Assembly (NCBI RefSeq): GCF_009914755.1
Contig: NC_060931.1
Source: the human T2T-CHM13v2.0 reference genome, Homo sapiens
Reading direction: 5' to 3' (one strand)
DNA: 64,000 nucleotides
Shown here one piece after another: positions 39,254 to 56,485 of the stretch. The notes under the pieces were generated by a model. The model had not been told where the DNA came from, ran no database searches, and saw only the letters and a list, made by a program, of their open reading frames with translations. Position 1 is the stretch's first letter. Each line of letters opens with the position of its first letter. Position numbers and translations under genes: made by a program.

Positions 39254-42200
39254 AAAGCCAGGTCAGTCCTCTAATATTTTTTTTCAACCTGCTGACACTT
39301 AAAAACTCTCCAATGATCTGGTACAATACATGGTTCACTCCAAATGGCTTTATCCTTAAAAGTATCACGACACAGAACACCTTGCCCAAATCAACAAAAA
39401 AGAAACTCCAGCTTTGTTTTTGATTGCATTTTACAATGGAAACACAAAGAAATTCCCTGGCAAATCTCATTCCAAACAACAGACTAATATAGCCTGCATA
39501 GTCTGTGTTGTGATGGATCAGTACTAATGAAGTTATAACAATTATAGGGTCATGATTTGAACTGCTACAAGACTGATTTCAAATGCGGAATGTGTCCCAA
39601 AGGTTTATTTTGGAATGCAGAATGGTTTTTACTGTAGAAAAATGTTGTATATTATAATTATGTCCTCGGCCCACCTATAAGTCTTTTCATTCATTAGGCA
39701 ACTGAAATGCACAATTTATGGTATGTTGGAAACAAATTGTTGTTATACATGTACAGCATCCCCATGAGAGATGGGGACATTGGGAAGACTGGCATACTTC
39801 TAGCAGATCTTCAGAGGGAAGATCCATTGAAAATGGAGAGAGGGAAGACACAGATACTGGGTCAAAGGGGCAGGAAGCAGGGAACCCTGCAAAGGGAGTT
39901 ATTTCTAGCCCTCAATGACTCCTGGAGAAGCGGGGGGGGGGGTGGGGGTTGAGCAGGCAAGGAGCAACACATTCTCCCTGGGGGCCCCTGGAATCCTGCC
40001 AGCAGGAGACTACATGAACCCCATGGACAACTGAGCTGGCAGAGAGAGCTGCTTAGAGAAGTAGTATGGGCAGAACTCCAGCCATTGTGGAACCCAGAGA
40101 GTTTGGTGTGGGAGCATCTGGAGTGGAGCACTACTAGGGACACCCATCCCCCAGGGCTGCCTTGCACCCTTAGGAAACTTAAGGCCTAAGAAAACTGTTG
40201 GACCTGAACATTGCAGGGTGATCTTGCTCATGAGGCTGGGCCAGTCCGACCAGAGCACCTTTGGTCTGCTGGCCTCTCCTGTGACCCCAGCTAGGCCTGA
40301 TTGCAGTGCAGCCTCAGAAATCTAGGTTGTGGTAGCCTCCTGGTGGCACGCATCATAGCTCCTGCACTGACAGACTGTACTTGACCAGTAAACAGCTCCA
40401 GTAGGGTGCCCCAATAGAGTGTCCCTGCAAACATGCACCTGTCCACCTATGCCCTTCTCCTACCACAGTCTCCCCTGAGTTGCTTTGCTGGCACGCACTT
40501 GTCCACAACCACCCCCCTACATTGCTTTGCTGAGGCAGGTAAGCTTGGGTAGACCTTGCCTTCCCTTCCCTGCCAGATGCGTGTGCACCATGCTGTGACA
40601 CAGCTGCCAGTGTGAGTGAACCCCAACCCTCCAACACTCCCCCAACAGTGCTGCCATTGCTATTGGAGCATTGGCTAGCATGGAAACTGGAGACTGTCAG
40701 CCCCACACCCACCTGCACCCCACCCCTATGCCAATATTGCCACTGGTGCAAAACTACAAAAGTAGACCAACTGATCTGCCCCCAACCCCAGCAGCAGCTG
40801 CCATCTACGTTAATGCATGAACACAGGACACACAGTCCCATGCCTGCCAGTGCCACATCCCTATGCTAACATTTTTGCCCATGCAAATGCATGCACGGAC
40901 ACTGGCGAGGCCCCGTGCATCTCCACATAGTGGTGCCCTGCCAACACTGCTGTTGCAAGTGCCCCAACAAAGGCCAGCACATCTGTTCCCATCAACACTC
41001 AGCCATAGCTGATGAGCATGCAACTTGCAGCACTGCCGCTGCTGCTGGCACATAACAAATAAGGACCAATCCTGCTGCCACTGCCCTATGAAGTGCTGAG
41101 GCTGGCACCACCCATCAGAGAGTTCTAGCCAGCTGTCTGGAAACAATTCAGGCCCCTCCAGTGAGTTAGGTTCCTAACCTCCAGGGGCCACAGAATAAAG
41201 CTGGGGCCCATACTGGCCCCCTAGAGTTAGAGCACACAGTTCAGGAGTTATGACCTGAGCCCTGGCCCCCTAAAGTCCTTCAAAAATGAAACCAGTCAAC
41301 TGAACCCACCTTATGCCATAATCAACCCCCCAAGGACATCAAATAGGATAGAAGAAAAAGAAATCCAAAGGTCATCAACTTCAAAAACTGAAGCAACATC
41401 AGCCCACGAAGATGAGAAAGAACCAGCACAAGAGCTCTGGCAGCTCAAAAAGCCAAAGTGGCTTCTTACCTCCAAATGACCACACTAGTTCCCCAGCAAC
41501 AGTTCCTAACTAGGCTGAGATGGCTGAAATGATAGAAATAAAATTCAGAATATAGATAGGAATGAAGATTACTGACATATAGGAGAAAGTCAAAACCCAA
41601 TTCAAGGAATCTAAGGTTTACAATAAAACAGTATAGGAACTGATAGACAAAATGGACATTATATGAACAAACTGATCTGATAGAGCTTAAAAACATGGTA
41701 GAAGAATTTCATAATGCAATCACAAGTATTAACAACAGGATTGACCAAGCTGAGGAAAAAAAGTCACAGCTTGAAGACTGGCTCTCCAAAATAACTCAGT
41801 CAAAGAAAAAGGAAAATAAAAAACCACAAGGAAAATAAATAAAGCCTCTGAGAAAGATGGGATTCTGGAAAGAGACCCAGTCTATGACTTATTGGCATGC
41901 CTGAGAGACAGGGAGAGAAACCAAGCAACTTGGAAAACATATTTCAGAATATCATCCATGAAAATTTCCCCAATTTTGCTAGAGAGGTCAACATTCAAAT
42001 TCAGAAAATTTAGAGAACCCCTCCAAAATACTACACAAGATTCTCAAAGGTCATAATGAAGAAATGTCAAAGGCAGCTAGAAAGAAGGGTCAGCTAACCT
42101 ACAAGGGGAACCCCATCAGACTAACACTAGTCCTGTCATCAGAAACCCTACAAGCAGAAGAGATTGGGGGAATTCAGCATTCTTAAAGAAAAGAATTTTC

Positions 42201-43462
42201 AGCCAAGAATTTCATATATGGTCTAACTAAGCTTTCGAAGTGAAGGAGAAATAAAATCCTTTTCAGAAAAGCAAACGCTAAGGGAATTCATTACTATCAG
42301 ACCTGCCTTTCAAGAGATCCTAAAGGAAGTAGCAGTTATGAAAAGGACAAACTGTTACCAACCACTACAAAAGCACATTTAAGTACATAGACTAGTGACA
42401 CTATAAAGCAACCACACAAACATGTCTGCATAATTACGAGCTAACAACCTGATGACAGGATCAAATCCACACATATCAACACTAACCTTGAATGTGAATA
42501 GAGTAAATGCCCCAATTAAAAGGCACAGAGTGGCAAGTTGAATAAAGAAGCAAAATCTAACAATGTGCTGTCATCAAAAGACCCATCTCACATGAAGTGG
42601 CAGCCATAGGCTCAAAGAAAAGGGATGGAGAAAAATCTACCAAGCAAACAGCAAACAGAAAAAAGCAGAGGTTGCTATTCTAATTTCAGACAAAACAGAC
42701 TTTAATAAACATAAAAAAGTCAAAGAAGGGCATTACATAAAGGTAGAGGGCTCAATTCAAAAGAAGACCTAACTATCCTAAATATATACACACAGAGCAC
42801 AGAAGCAGCCAGATATATAAAGCAAGTTTTTAGAGACCTACAAAGAGACATAGATAACCACAAAAGAATAATGGAAGACTTTAACACTCCACTGAGAGTA
42901 TTAGACAGATCATTGAGGCAGAAAGCTAACAAAGATATTTCAGGACCTTAACCAAAAGCTTGAAGAAATGGACCTAATAGACATCTACAAAATTCTCCAC
43001 CACAAAAGAACAGAATGTACATACTTCTCATTTGCACATGACACACACTTTAAAGATGACCAAACAGTTGGGCATAAAACAACACTCAGCAAATGAAAAA
43101 ACCCAAAATTATACCAACCACAATTTTGGACCATTATATGATTTGGCTCTGTGTCCCCACTGAAATCTCACCTTGAATTGTAACAATCCCCACGTGTCAA
43201 GGGCAGGACTGGGTGGAGATAATTTAATCATGGGGGCAGTTTCCCCCATGCTGTTCTTGTGATACTGAGTGAACTCTCATGAGATCTAATTGTTTCATAA
43301 GATGTTTCCCCTTTCATTCAGCACTCATTCTCTATCCTGCCACCCTGTGAAGAGGTGCCTTCTACCATGACTGTAAGTTTCCTGTGGTCTCCCCAGCCAT
43401 GTGGAACTGTGAGTTGACTAAACCTCTTTTCTTTATAAATGACCCAATCTTGGGTATTTCTT

Positions 43463-43776
43463 TTTTCTGTTTTTCTTTTTTTCTTTCTTTTTTTTTGAGA
43501 TGGAGTCTTGCTCTGTCACCCAGGCTGGAGTGCAGTGGTGATCTCAGCTCGCTTCCACTTCTGCATCCTGGGTTCAAACAATTCTCCTGCCTCAGCCTCC
43601 CAAGTAGCTGGGACTACAGGTGTGAACTACTATGCCTGGCTAATTTTTGTATTTTGAGTAGAAATGGGGTTTCAGCATGTTGGCCAGGCTTGTCTCGAAC
43701 TCCTGACCTCAGGTGATCCACCTGCCTTGTCCTCCCAAAGTTTTGGGATTACAGGCATGAGCCACTGAGCCTGACC
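43463..43776 (-). mobile_element. AluS inside the THE1 5' LTR
   Basis: TSD tcttgggtatttctt on both sides. Confidence 0.95.
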
Positions 43777-44416
43777 TAGTCTTGGGTATTTCTTCATAGC
43801 AGCATGAGAAGAGACTAATACAGTAAAATTGGTACCAGGAGTGGGGTGCTGCTGTAAAGATACCAAAAAATGTGGAAGCAAATTTGGAAATGGGTAAAAG
43901 GCAAAGGTTAGAACAGTTTGGAGAGCTCAGAAGAAGACATAAAGATGTGCGAAAGTTTGTAACTTCCTAAAGACTTGTTGAATGGCTTTGACCAAAATAC
44001 TGATAGTGATATGGACAATGAAGTCCAGGCTGAGGTAGTCTCAGTTGGAGATGAGGAACTTGTTGGGAACAGGAATAAAGGTGACTCTTGCTATGCTCCA
44101 GCAAAGAGATTGGAGGCATTTTGTTCCTACCTTAGAGACGTGTGGAACTTTGAACTTGAGAGAGATGATTTAGGGTATCTGGTGGAAGAAATTTCTAAGC
44201 AGCAAAGCATTCAACATGTGACTTTGGTGCTCTTAAAAGCATTCAGTGTTATGTATTCACAAAAATATGTTTTGGAAATGGAAGTTATGTTTAAAATGGA
44301 AGCAGAGCATAAAATTTTAGAAAATCTGCAGCCCCACAAAGTGATACAATAGAAACACCCATTTTCTGAGGAGAAATTCAAGCCTGCTGCAGAAATTGCA
44401 TAAGAAATGAGGAACT

Positions 44417-44825
<409 letters not shown>

Positions 44826-47800
44826 CTAGGAGGAAAAATGGTTTCATTGGCTGGTTCCAAGGCCTTGCTGCTTTGTGCAGTCTTGGGACATGGTCCCCTA
44901 CATGCCAGCTGCTTCAGCTCCAGCTGTGGCTGAAAGAAGCAAAGGTACAGCTTGAGCCATTGCTTCACAGTGTGCATGCCCCAAGCCTTGTCAGCTTACA
45001 GGTGGTATTGGGCCTGCAGGTGCACAGAAGTCAAGAAATGAGGTTGGGGAACTTCTACCTAGATTTCAGAGGATGTATGGAAACACCTGGATGTCTAGGC
45101 AGAAGTCTGCTGCATGGGTGGAGCCTTCATGAAGAACCTCTGCTAGGGCAGTGCAGAAGGGAAATGTGGGTTTGGAGCCCCCACACAGAGTCTCCACTGG
45201 GGCACTGCCTAGGGGAGCTATGAGAAGAGGACCACCATCCTTCAGACCCTAGAATGGTTGATCCACACAGATTGCACTATGTGCCTGTAAAAGCCACTCA
45301 ACACCAGCCTGTGAAAGCGGCTGGGAGGGGGCCTGTACCCTGAAAAGTCACAGGGGTGGAGCTGCCAAAGGCCATGTGAGCCCACTTCTTGCATCAGTGT
45401 GACCTGAATGTGAGACATGGATTCAAAGCAGATTATTTTAGAACTTTAAGGTTTAATGACTGCCCTATTGGATTTCAAGTTTGCATGGGGCCGGTAGCCC
45501 TTGTTTAGGCCAATTTCTCCTATTTGGAATGGGTGTGTTTACTCAATGCCTATATCACCATTGTATCTAGGAAGTAACTAACTTGCTTTTGATTTTACAG
45601 GCTCATAGGTGGAAGGGACTTGTCTTGCTTCAAATGAAACTTTGGACTTGAGCTTTTGGGCTAATGCTGGAATGAATTAAGATTTTGGGGGACTGTTGGA
45701 AGGGCATAATTGTGTTTTGAAATGTGAGGACATGAGATTTGGGAGGGGCCAGGGTGGAATGATATGGCTGCGTCTTTGTCCCAACCAAATCTCATCTTGA
45801 ATTGTAAGAATCCCAATATGTCAAGGGTGGGACCAGGTGGAGATAATTGAATCATGGGGGCAGTTTCCCCTATGCTGTTTTTGTGACAGTGAGCGAGTTC
45901 TCTCAAGATCTGATGGCTTCATAAGGGTTTCCCCCATTTGCTCAGCAGTCATTGTCTATCCTGCTGCCCTGTGAAAAGGTGCCCTCCACCATGATTATAA
46001 GTTTCCTGAGGCCTCTCCAGCCATGTGGAACTTTGAGTCAATTAAACCTCTTTCCTTTATAAATTAACCAGTCTCTTTTATTTCTTCATAGCAGCATGAA
46101 AATGGACTAATACAGACCAAAATGCAGTAAAAATAGAAATTAATGCTAAGAAAATCACTCGAAATAATACAATTAAATGGACATTAAACAACTTGCTCCT
46201 GAATGACTTCTGGGTAAACAATAAAATTAAATCAGAAATCAAGAAATTATTTGAAACTAATGAGAAAAAAATACCACATACCAGAATCTCTGAGATACAT
46301 CCAAAGCAGTGATAAGAGGGGAGTTTATAGTGCTAAACACCCATATAAAATAGTTAGAAAGATTTGAAATTAACCACCCAACATCATATCTAGAGGAACC
46401 AGAGAAATAAGAGGAAATGAAATCCAAAGCTAGCAGGAGACAAGAAATAACCAAAATCAGAACTGAAATGAAGGCAATTGAGACACAAAACCCTACAAAA
46501 CATAAACCTTCTTTGAAAGAATTAATAAGACAAATACACTGCTAGCTAGACTAGTAAGTTTAAAAAGAGACAAGATCCAAAAAAAAAAAAAAAACCACAT
46601 TCAGAAATGACAAAGGGGACATTACAACTGGCCACACAGAAATACAAACCCCTTAGAGAAATACTTCTATGCAAACAAGCTAGAAACCTAGAAAATTATT
46701 CTGAAAACATACACCATCCCAAGATTGAACCAGGAAGAGACTGAATACCTGAACAGACCAATAACAAATTCTGAAATTGAATCAGTCATAGAAAGCCTAT
46801 GAACCAGAACAAGCTCAGGAACAGACAGGTTCACTGCCAAATTCTACCAGATATATAAGGAAGAGCTGGTACTATTCTAAAAAATTGAGGAGAAAAGATT
46901 CCTCCCTAACTCATTCTATGAAGGCAGCATCATCCTGCATAAAAACTTAGCAGAGACACAACAAAAAAATAAAACTTCAGGCTAATATCATTTATGAATA
47001 TAGATGCAAAATTCCTCAACAAAATACTAGCAAACCAAATCCAGCAGTACATCAAAAAGTGTATCCACCATGATCAAGTGGGCTTTATCCCTAGGATGCA
47101 AGTTTTGTTCAATATACAAATCAATAAGTGTGATTCATCACATAAACAGAACTAAAGACAGAAAACAACATGATTATATCAATAGATACAGAAAAGGCAT
47201 TAAATAATATTCAACATCCATTCATTTAATAACCCTCTACAAACTAGGCATTGAAGGAACATATTTCAAAATAATAAAAGCTATCTATGAAAAACCCACA
47301 GCCAACATCATAATGAATGGGCAAAAGCTGGAAGAATTCTCCTTGAAAACTGGAAGAAGACAAGGATGTCCTCTCTCACCACTCCTATTTAACATAGTGC
47401 CGAAAATCCTAGCCAGAGAAATCTGGCAAGAGAAAGAAATAAAAGACATTCAAATAGAAAGGGAGGAAACCAAACTATCCCTGTTTGTTGATGATGTGAT
47501 TCTATACCTCAAAAACCTCATAGTGTGTGCTCAAACGCTTTTTGATCATATACACAATTTCAGCAAAGCTTCAGGATATACAATCAATGTACAAAAATCA
47601 GTAGCATTCCTATACACCAACAACATCCAAGCTGAGAGCCAAATTGAGACTGCAATTCCATTCACAATAGCAACAAAAAGAATAAAATACCTAGGAATAC
47701 AGTTAACCAAAGTGGTGAAATATTTCTACAATGAGAATTAGAAAACACTGCTCAAATAAATCAGAGATGACACAAACAAATGGAAAAATATTCCATGCTC

Positions 47801-50107
47801 ATGGACAGTACGAATCAATATTGTAAAAATGGCCATACTGCCCAAAGCAATTTACAGATTTAATACTATTGCTATCAAATTACCAAAGACATTCTTCACA
47901 GAATTAGAAAAAAAAATTTTAAATTCATATGGAACCAAAAAGGATCTCCAATAGCCAAGGCAATTGTAAGCAAAAGAACAAAGCTGGAGGCATCACATTT
48001 CCCAATTTCAAACTATACTACAAGGCTACATTCACCAAAACAGCATGGTACTGATACAAAAACAGACATAGAGACCAATGGAACAAAATAGAGAGACTAT
48101 GAATAATTCCCCACACCTACAATCATCTGATCTTTGAGAAAATCCACAAAAACAAGCAATGGGGAAAGTATCCCTATTCAATAAGTGGTGCTGGGTTAAC
48201 CGACTTGCCATATGAAGAAGATTGATACCGGACCCCTTCCTTACACCATATACAAAAATTAACTCAAGATGGATTAAACACATAAGTCTAAAATCAAAAA
48301 CTATAAAAACCCTGAATGATAACCTAGGAAATACTATTCTGGACATAGAACCCAGCAAAGGCTTCAAGACAAAGCCACCAATAGCAATTGCAACAAAAAC
48401 AAAAATTGACAAATACAACTTAATTAAACCAAAGAGCTTCTGCATAGCAAAACAAAACAAAACAAAACAAAACAAAAAACTATCAACAAAGTAAAGACAC
48501 AACCTAAAGAATGGGAGAAAATATTTGCAAACTATACAACCAACAAAAGTCTCATATCCAGAGTCTGTAAGTAGCTCAAACAAATTTACAAGCATAAAAA
48601 CAACAACCCCACTAATGAGGGGGCAAAGGACATGAACAGTTTTCAGAAGAAGACATATGCATGGACAACAAGCACATGAAAAAAAGCTCAATATCACTAA
48701 TGATTACAGAAATGCAAATCAAACCACAATGAGATACCATCTCTCACTAGTCAGAATGGCTGTTATTAAAAAGTTAAAAAAAAAACACATGCTGGCGAGG
48801 TTGTGGAGAAAAGGGAACACTTATGCATTGCTGCTGGGAATATAAACTAGTTCAAATATTGTGAAGGGCTGTTTGGTGATTTTTCAAGGAACTTAAAATA
48901 GATCTACTATTTGACCCAGCAATCCCATTATTCAGTATATACCCAAAGAAATATAAACTGTTCTACCATAAAGAGACACATATGCATATGTTTATCACAG
49001 CACTATTCACAATAGCAAAGACATGGAATCAACATAAATGCCCATCAATGGTAGACTGAATAAAGAAAATGTGATACCTATATACCATGGAATACCATGC
49101 AGCCATAAAAAAATGAGATCATATCTTTTGCAGTACCATGGATAGAGTGGGAGGCCATTATCCTAAACAAACTAACACAGGAACAGAAAACCAAATACTG
49201 CATTTTCTCATGTATAAGTGGAGGCTAAACATTGAGTATGTGGACACAAAGAAGGGAACAACACACATTGAGGCCTACTTGAGGGTAGAGGTTGGGAAAA
49301 GGATGAAGATCAAAAAACTACTTATTGGGTGCTATGCTTATTACCTGGGTGATGAAGTAATTTGTAAACCAAACTCCTGTGACATGCAATTTACCTATAT
49401 AGAAGCCTCCACATGTACCCCTGAGCCTAAAATAAGTTTTTTTAAAAAGGAATAGAATGTGTGTTTGTGTGCATGCATGCATGGGTACATATTTGTTAGT
49501 GAAGCAGCTGGGGATGCACAATAAGGAGTAAAATAGCTATTGGGTATGTGTCCGTAAAAAGAATTAGAACGTTGGTAGAGGAAGGACCATGGGAAGATTT
49601 CTTTATCAGTCTTGTCCTAGGTTGTTATCACTCTCACCACTGAAAGACAAGGTCCTGATCTGACACAGAAAAATGAAAAGTGGAAACTGAGTTGGAGAGA
49701 CTGATCCTATACCAACGTCAGAGATTTCAGTGGAAAACAAAATGGCAGAAAGACCTACAAGTATTGTAAACTGGAAAAGAAAGCTATTTATTCCTGTTGC
49801 CAAGTGGCTATAAAAGAAGTATATGAGGAAGTAGTATCAAGCAGGAAGTAGTAATCAAGGACTATGACAGTGAATTATATTATAATTGACTTTTACTGAA
49901 TTATAAAATAGCATCTTCCAACTAGTGTTTTAGGGACCACTTATACACTTACCAGGCATACTGCTCTAGATTGGTGCATTCAATTGTCCTTACCTGAAGT
50001 CTATCAGTTAAAATTTCCTGAAAATTCACTTTTAGACATCTGAGGCTACATTGCCTCTAGAAATACAAGGAAGACTAAGCCAGATATGGGAAAAATAAAG
50101 AATACAT

Positions 50108-50163
50108 AATTAATCAAATATATTCTCTATTGCCCAATTAATCAAATATATTCTCTATTGCCC
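50108..50163. repeat. Perfect 28-bp tandem duplication
   Basis: aattaatcaaatatattctctattgccc x2. Confidence 0.95.
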
Positions 50164-50374
50164 CCATTCCCTGATTACATGCAAAGTTGTCCATAATTTT
50201 TAAACCTATTAAAGGATATTTGAAGGATGCAGTCTTAAGCAACTTTGGCTCATCCCTTCAATTACTTGCAAGGAAAGCCTATTGAAAATATGTCTTTGAT
50301 GTAACTTTCACTTTTACTGAAATATTACTATTTGTACTTAAGAACAATAACTTTTTATAAAAAATGTCACGTAG

Positions 50375-51762
<1,388 letters not shown>

Positions 51763-51899
51763 TCATGTGACTACCCAAGAATAATTTTCAAAATCAATAA
51801 AAATAACGGAGGCTACAAACTTCATTGTAAATGGATTTTTATTGCTTTGGCAGCAAGGCAGAGAGGACAGTAAGAAAAACATTACAGTAAAAAACATAT

Positions 51900-52409
<510 letters not shown>

Positions 52410-54169
52410 TTAACTACTTCCTATGGGTAGGCTCAAGGAGTAGAAAATAGTTTTATACTGTCCAATGACTTACCTTTATACAGAACGTTACTATCTTATT
52501 ATGAGAATCAGGGGCTAGCACAAATACTGCTTTTCCACATTTGTAACAAAATTAATTTTTTGCCTAATATAATTTTTATCTTTAAAACTCAATTACATCC
52601 CTGCCTAATTGATGACTTAAATGATTCTCTCAGTCATGACAAACATTTCAAATACATGAGTGCAACAATATTTGCTCGGTGCTACTTTTAAAAGTCCAGG
52701 AATGCTCCATGTCATAAAAGAGGGCTCAGACATTACTATATATTTTTTATTTTGGACTGATAAGCTATTGTCTTGGTAATGAAAGGGGTTTTTTTATAAA
52801 TTACCTATTCATGCAAAAATCTCATTTGAATGAAATTTTTACTGTCTTTTGATAAATAATCAACTTTATACATTAACCAAAATATTTTGTTTTTTGAAAG
52901 TAAGTATAAAAAACACAAATGTTATATTTTAAATAGTCTATTTCATGTTTATGGAAGTATGTGGCCAAGTATCCTTAGAATTTTCTGAGGTAGCATTACT
53001 ATAGACTGCCCCAGACACCTGTTTTTATTCTGTACTACTTAAAATCATACTATGGCAATGAAAAACAACTATTCTGCATAATCATTTCAGAAAATAGTAC
53101 CATGATTGCTAGCTTTTAGTGAGTAATACTTTCAAGGATAATATCTAATTGCTGACTCCGAAAAATCTGGAGAAATGTTGTAGTTTTTAATATTTTTAAA
53201 ATAAACTATCCTGTATTAATAAAATCTACAAAGCAGCTATCAATTTCATTAATAATTATACAAATATTTGAAGTCATTCATTAAAGAAGAAAGCTGATTT
53301 TAGAGATGTGATTAACTAAAGATGGGGTATTTAAGATAGAAAACACCTTTTTAAAATAAGACCCCCCCAAACCCAACCTGTAATCTTTATCAGTTTCATA
53401 GCTATCATTATATTTGGTGACCTGAAATGTTTATATTTTTTTATTCTACCTTCAAACCAGGCAATTCTGTTTTGCAAGTGAGAGAGGATATCATTTTAGA
53501 ACTCATTTTTAACTTAAGTTATTTAGTGTAAAATGCAGAATGTGAGGCTCAGAGTAGTAAAACTAAATTATTTAAGGTTTTGTTCACTCAGTGTTAATTA
53601 ACTATAATAATACTGTTGCCTTCTCTATGTGTAAAATATTACCTGTTTCAAAGTTTTAAAATATTTATTACTGTATTTATTCAACCAGAGAACTGTAAAG
53701 GGTAAGTAGGGTGGTGTTCTAATTTACCAATAATCAAACGAGTTTAGAGATGAATTAACTCTCCTAAACTCACACAACAGAGATGTAATGTTTACTCTGG
53801 TCTCTTGATTTTGTTCCAAGCAATTTCTTCACCATGCTAGAAATTCTCAACAAGACAGGGAAGAAGGATAGGCACAGAAAAGGGCATATCCCCAAAATAT
53901 TAATATTACCTAGTTTATTTTGCATGTGGCACATTAGCCTCCGCATTCAACGCCTCTGAGGATAAGCCACCCCCACTGAGGAGTATGTCACATCCTCCAT
54001 GGGTACTGGGCCCAAGACCTTGAACTCCTATTTCAAGTGTAGGTTCTAACCTTATATGCAGAAGGCTGAGTTTAATGTTCGAGGAAGTGAAACACGGTAT
54101 CCAGGAGTTGGTGACTGAAATGGATTTTGTTTTGGTGAGGGAAGAATCAACAATTTTGCCAAGATTTCT

Positions 54170-54270
54170 GTGTTCACATAGGCAGCACACATAGAACACT
54201 GGAATGATACAGTGAAGATGAGCATGGCCCCTGCACAAGGATGACACACAAATCCATGAAGCATTCCATA
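54170..54270 (+). pseudogene. Full-length U6 snRNA retropseudogene
   Basis: gtgttc...ggcagcaca...gatacagtgaagatgagcatggcccctgcacaaggatgacac...aaatccatgaagcattccata; A-rich tail; 21-bp TSD. Confidence 0.97.
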
Positions 54271-56164
54271 AAATAAAACAAACAAACAATTTTGCCAAGA
54301 TTTCTAGGAGAGCGATTGAGAAAATGATGGTAACGTTGACACAGATTAGATTTTGGGACAAGGAGGTATTTTGCTTCACTTTGTTTTTAAGGGTGTGGCA
54401 ACCTGACAGACCACAGGGACGTAGTTCTCCGTTTTTGTTTTTGTTTGTTCCTTTGTTTTAACACATTGTGAATTTGGGACTAAAAATAAGAAAGCAGATG
54501 CAAACATGCTAAATGCATGAACATAGCAGGTGTTTAAGTAGACAGTGGGTGGATGAACACAAAAGAAGGTAACAGAAGAGAGAATCTACTATATTAATGG
54601 GAGTGGCATTATCATGGTATATCCTTCTCAAATTATTGATTTTATCTTCCACTTAAAATCAGGAGATACTCTGAAAATGAAAACAGAAATCCCAGAATTA
54701 TTCTTGGGATTAGAGTTCCCAAAACTTCATTTTAGTATCATGCTTTTCAATTCAAATGACTTGGATTATTTATATACAGCACTGAAGGACAATTTGTATG
54801 CAAATTCCATTGTTGGCACAAGTCCATAATTAAATTGCAAAAGCTTGGAATGATATGGAACTTATCACTGATTACTTTCACAAGTGGCTCTCAGGAACAG
54901 AATCTCAATAAATCACTGCCATTCTTCTATATTTTTATACATCTGAACAACTAGCACCTTATCAGCATGCTAAGAGTTAGATATAGCAATCATGTTCTTC
55001 ATGAGCATGATATAAATCTACCAAGAAGCTGCTACAAATCCATCCCTTACTCTTGTTATCATGTTTACAATTACCTTCCCTTTGCCGGTTTTATGTGATT
55101 CATATCTCTGCTCAAATATTACTCCTCACTCTATCTCCCACAACTCCATTCTCATCATTCACCATTCTTGTACTCATTTACATGGCATTTACCACTATCT
55201 AAAATTATATATTTACTTGTTTATTGTCATCATCCCCTACAATGCAAATTTTGTAGGAGAGACAAGCCTGACACTTAGTAGTTAGTTATTCCATAGGTAT
55301 TGCTCAATGACAAATGAAATGGATGAAATACAAAGCATTTTTGGAGAGACTATAAACCTCTCATATACAGACCAGTAACAGCATAACAGTAATAATATCA
55401 CATTATGTCTCAAAATATTGAATTTTTCTATATTAAATGCTTAATAAGCTGCATGACATTTATATTGAGAGCTCAATCTGGACAACTATAAAGGGCAATT
55501 AGCAAGTATTCTAAATTATGCCAACTCTTTATAGTTCAGCTACAATGACTAATTGTTGATATTTTGAGATAATTTTATGTATTGATTAAAGGTGTCTTTA
55601 TAAACAAAAAGTGTTTACTGAATTTGGCTTCCCGATGTAAAATGTATATTTAGTTTCTCCTATTAATAATAAAAAATTGTCCATAATCAAAGCACATTTG
55701 TTTTGTAAAAAAAGTTTAAGTATATGATGATTTATGACTTTACTGAGTTTTATTTCCTGCTTTAAATGTTATATAATAATTGATTTAGATTTATCATCCA
55801 AATAATCATCTTATACAATCATCAAATAGAAAATAAGAATATAAAAATAATCCTTACTATTTTCAGTATATTCACATCAGGTATGAAACTATAGAGAACA
55901 TAAACTATTATGCAAACATATTATATTACAAGATTGTACCATAACATGATGGCACCAACTTAATATATAATTTTAGCCCTCAGTTGAGCTATATTTCATT
56001 ACATTAAGTAAAAATGAAAGTTTTTGACCTAGTGAATCATCATGAGGAAAAATGGATGGCAAATGCAATTAATTTTAATATGTAAATTTTATACTTCAAA
56101 GCAGTATTTGCTAAACAAATATTCTCTGTCATTCTTTTGGCTTCGATCAATATAAGACCACAGC

Positions 56165-56485
<321 letters not shown>

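Noticed and set aside
39530-39755. Possible ancient Tigger-like fragment
   Set aside because: Too degenerate to support by eye
47313-47741. 142-aa reverse-transcriptase-like ORF as a novel RT system
   Set aside because: Fragment of decayed L1 ORF2, surrounded by stops and frameshifts
53915-54379. 154-aa minus-strand ORF
   Set aside because: Runs antisense through the U6 pseudogene and both TSDs; chance ORF
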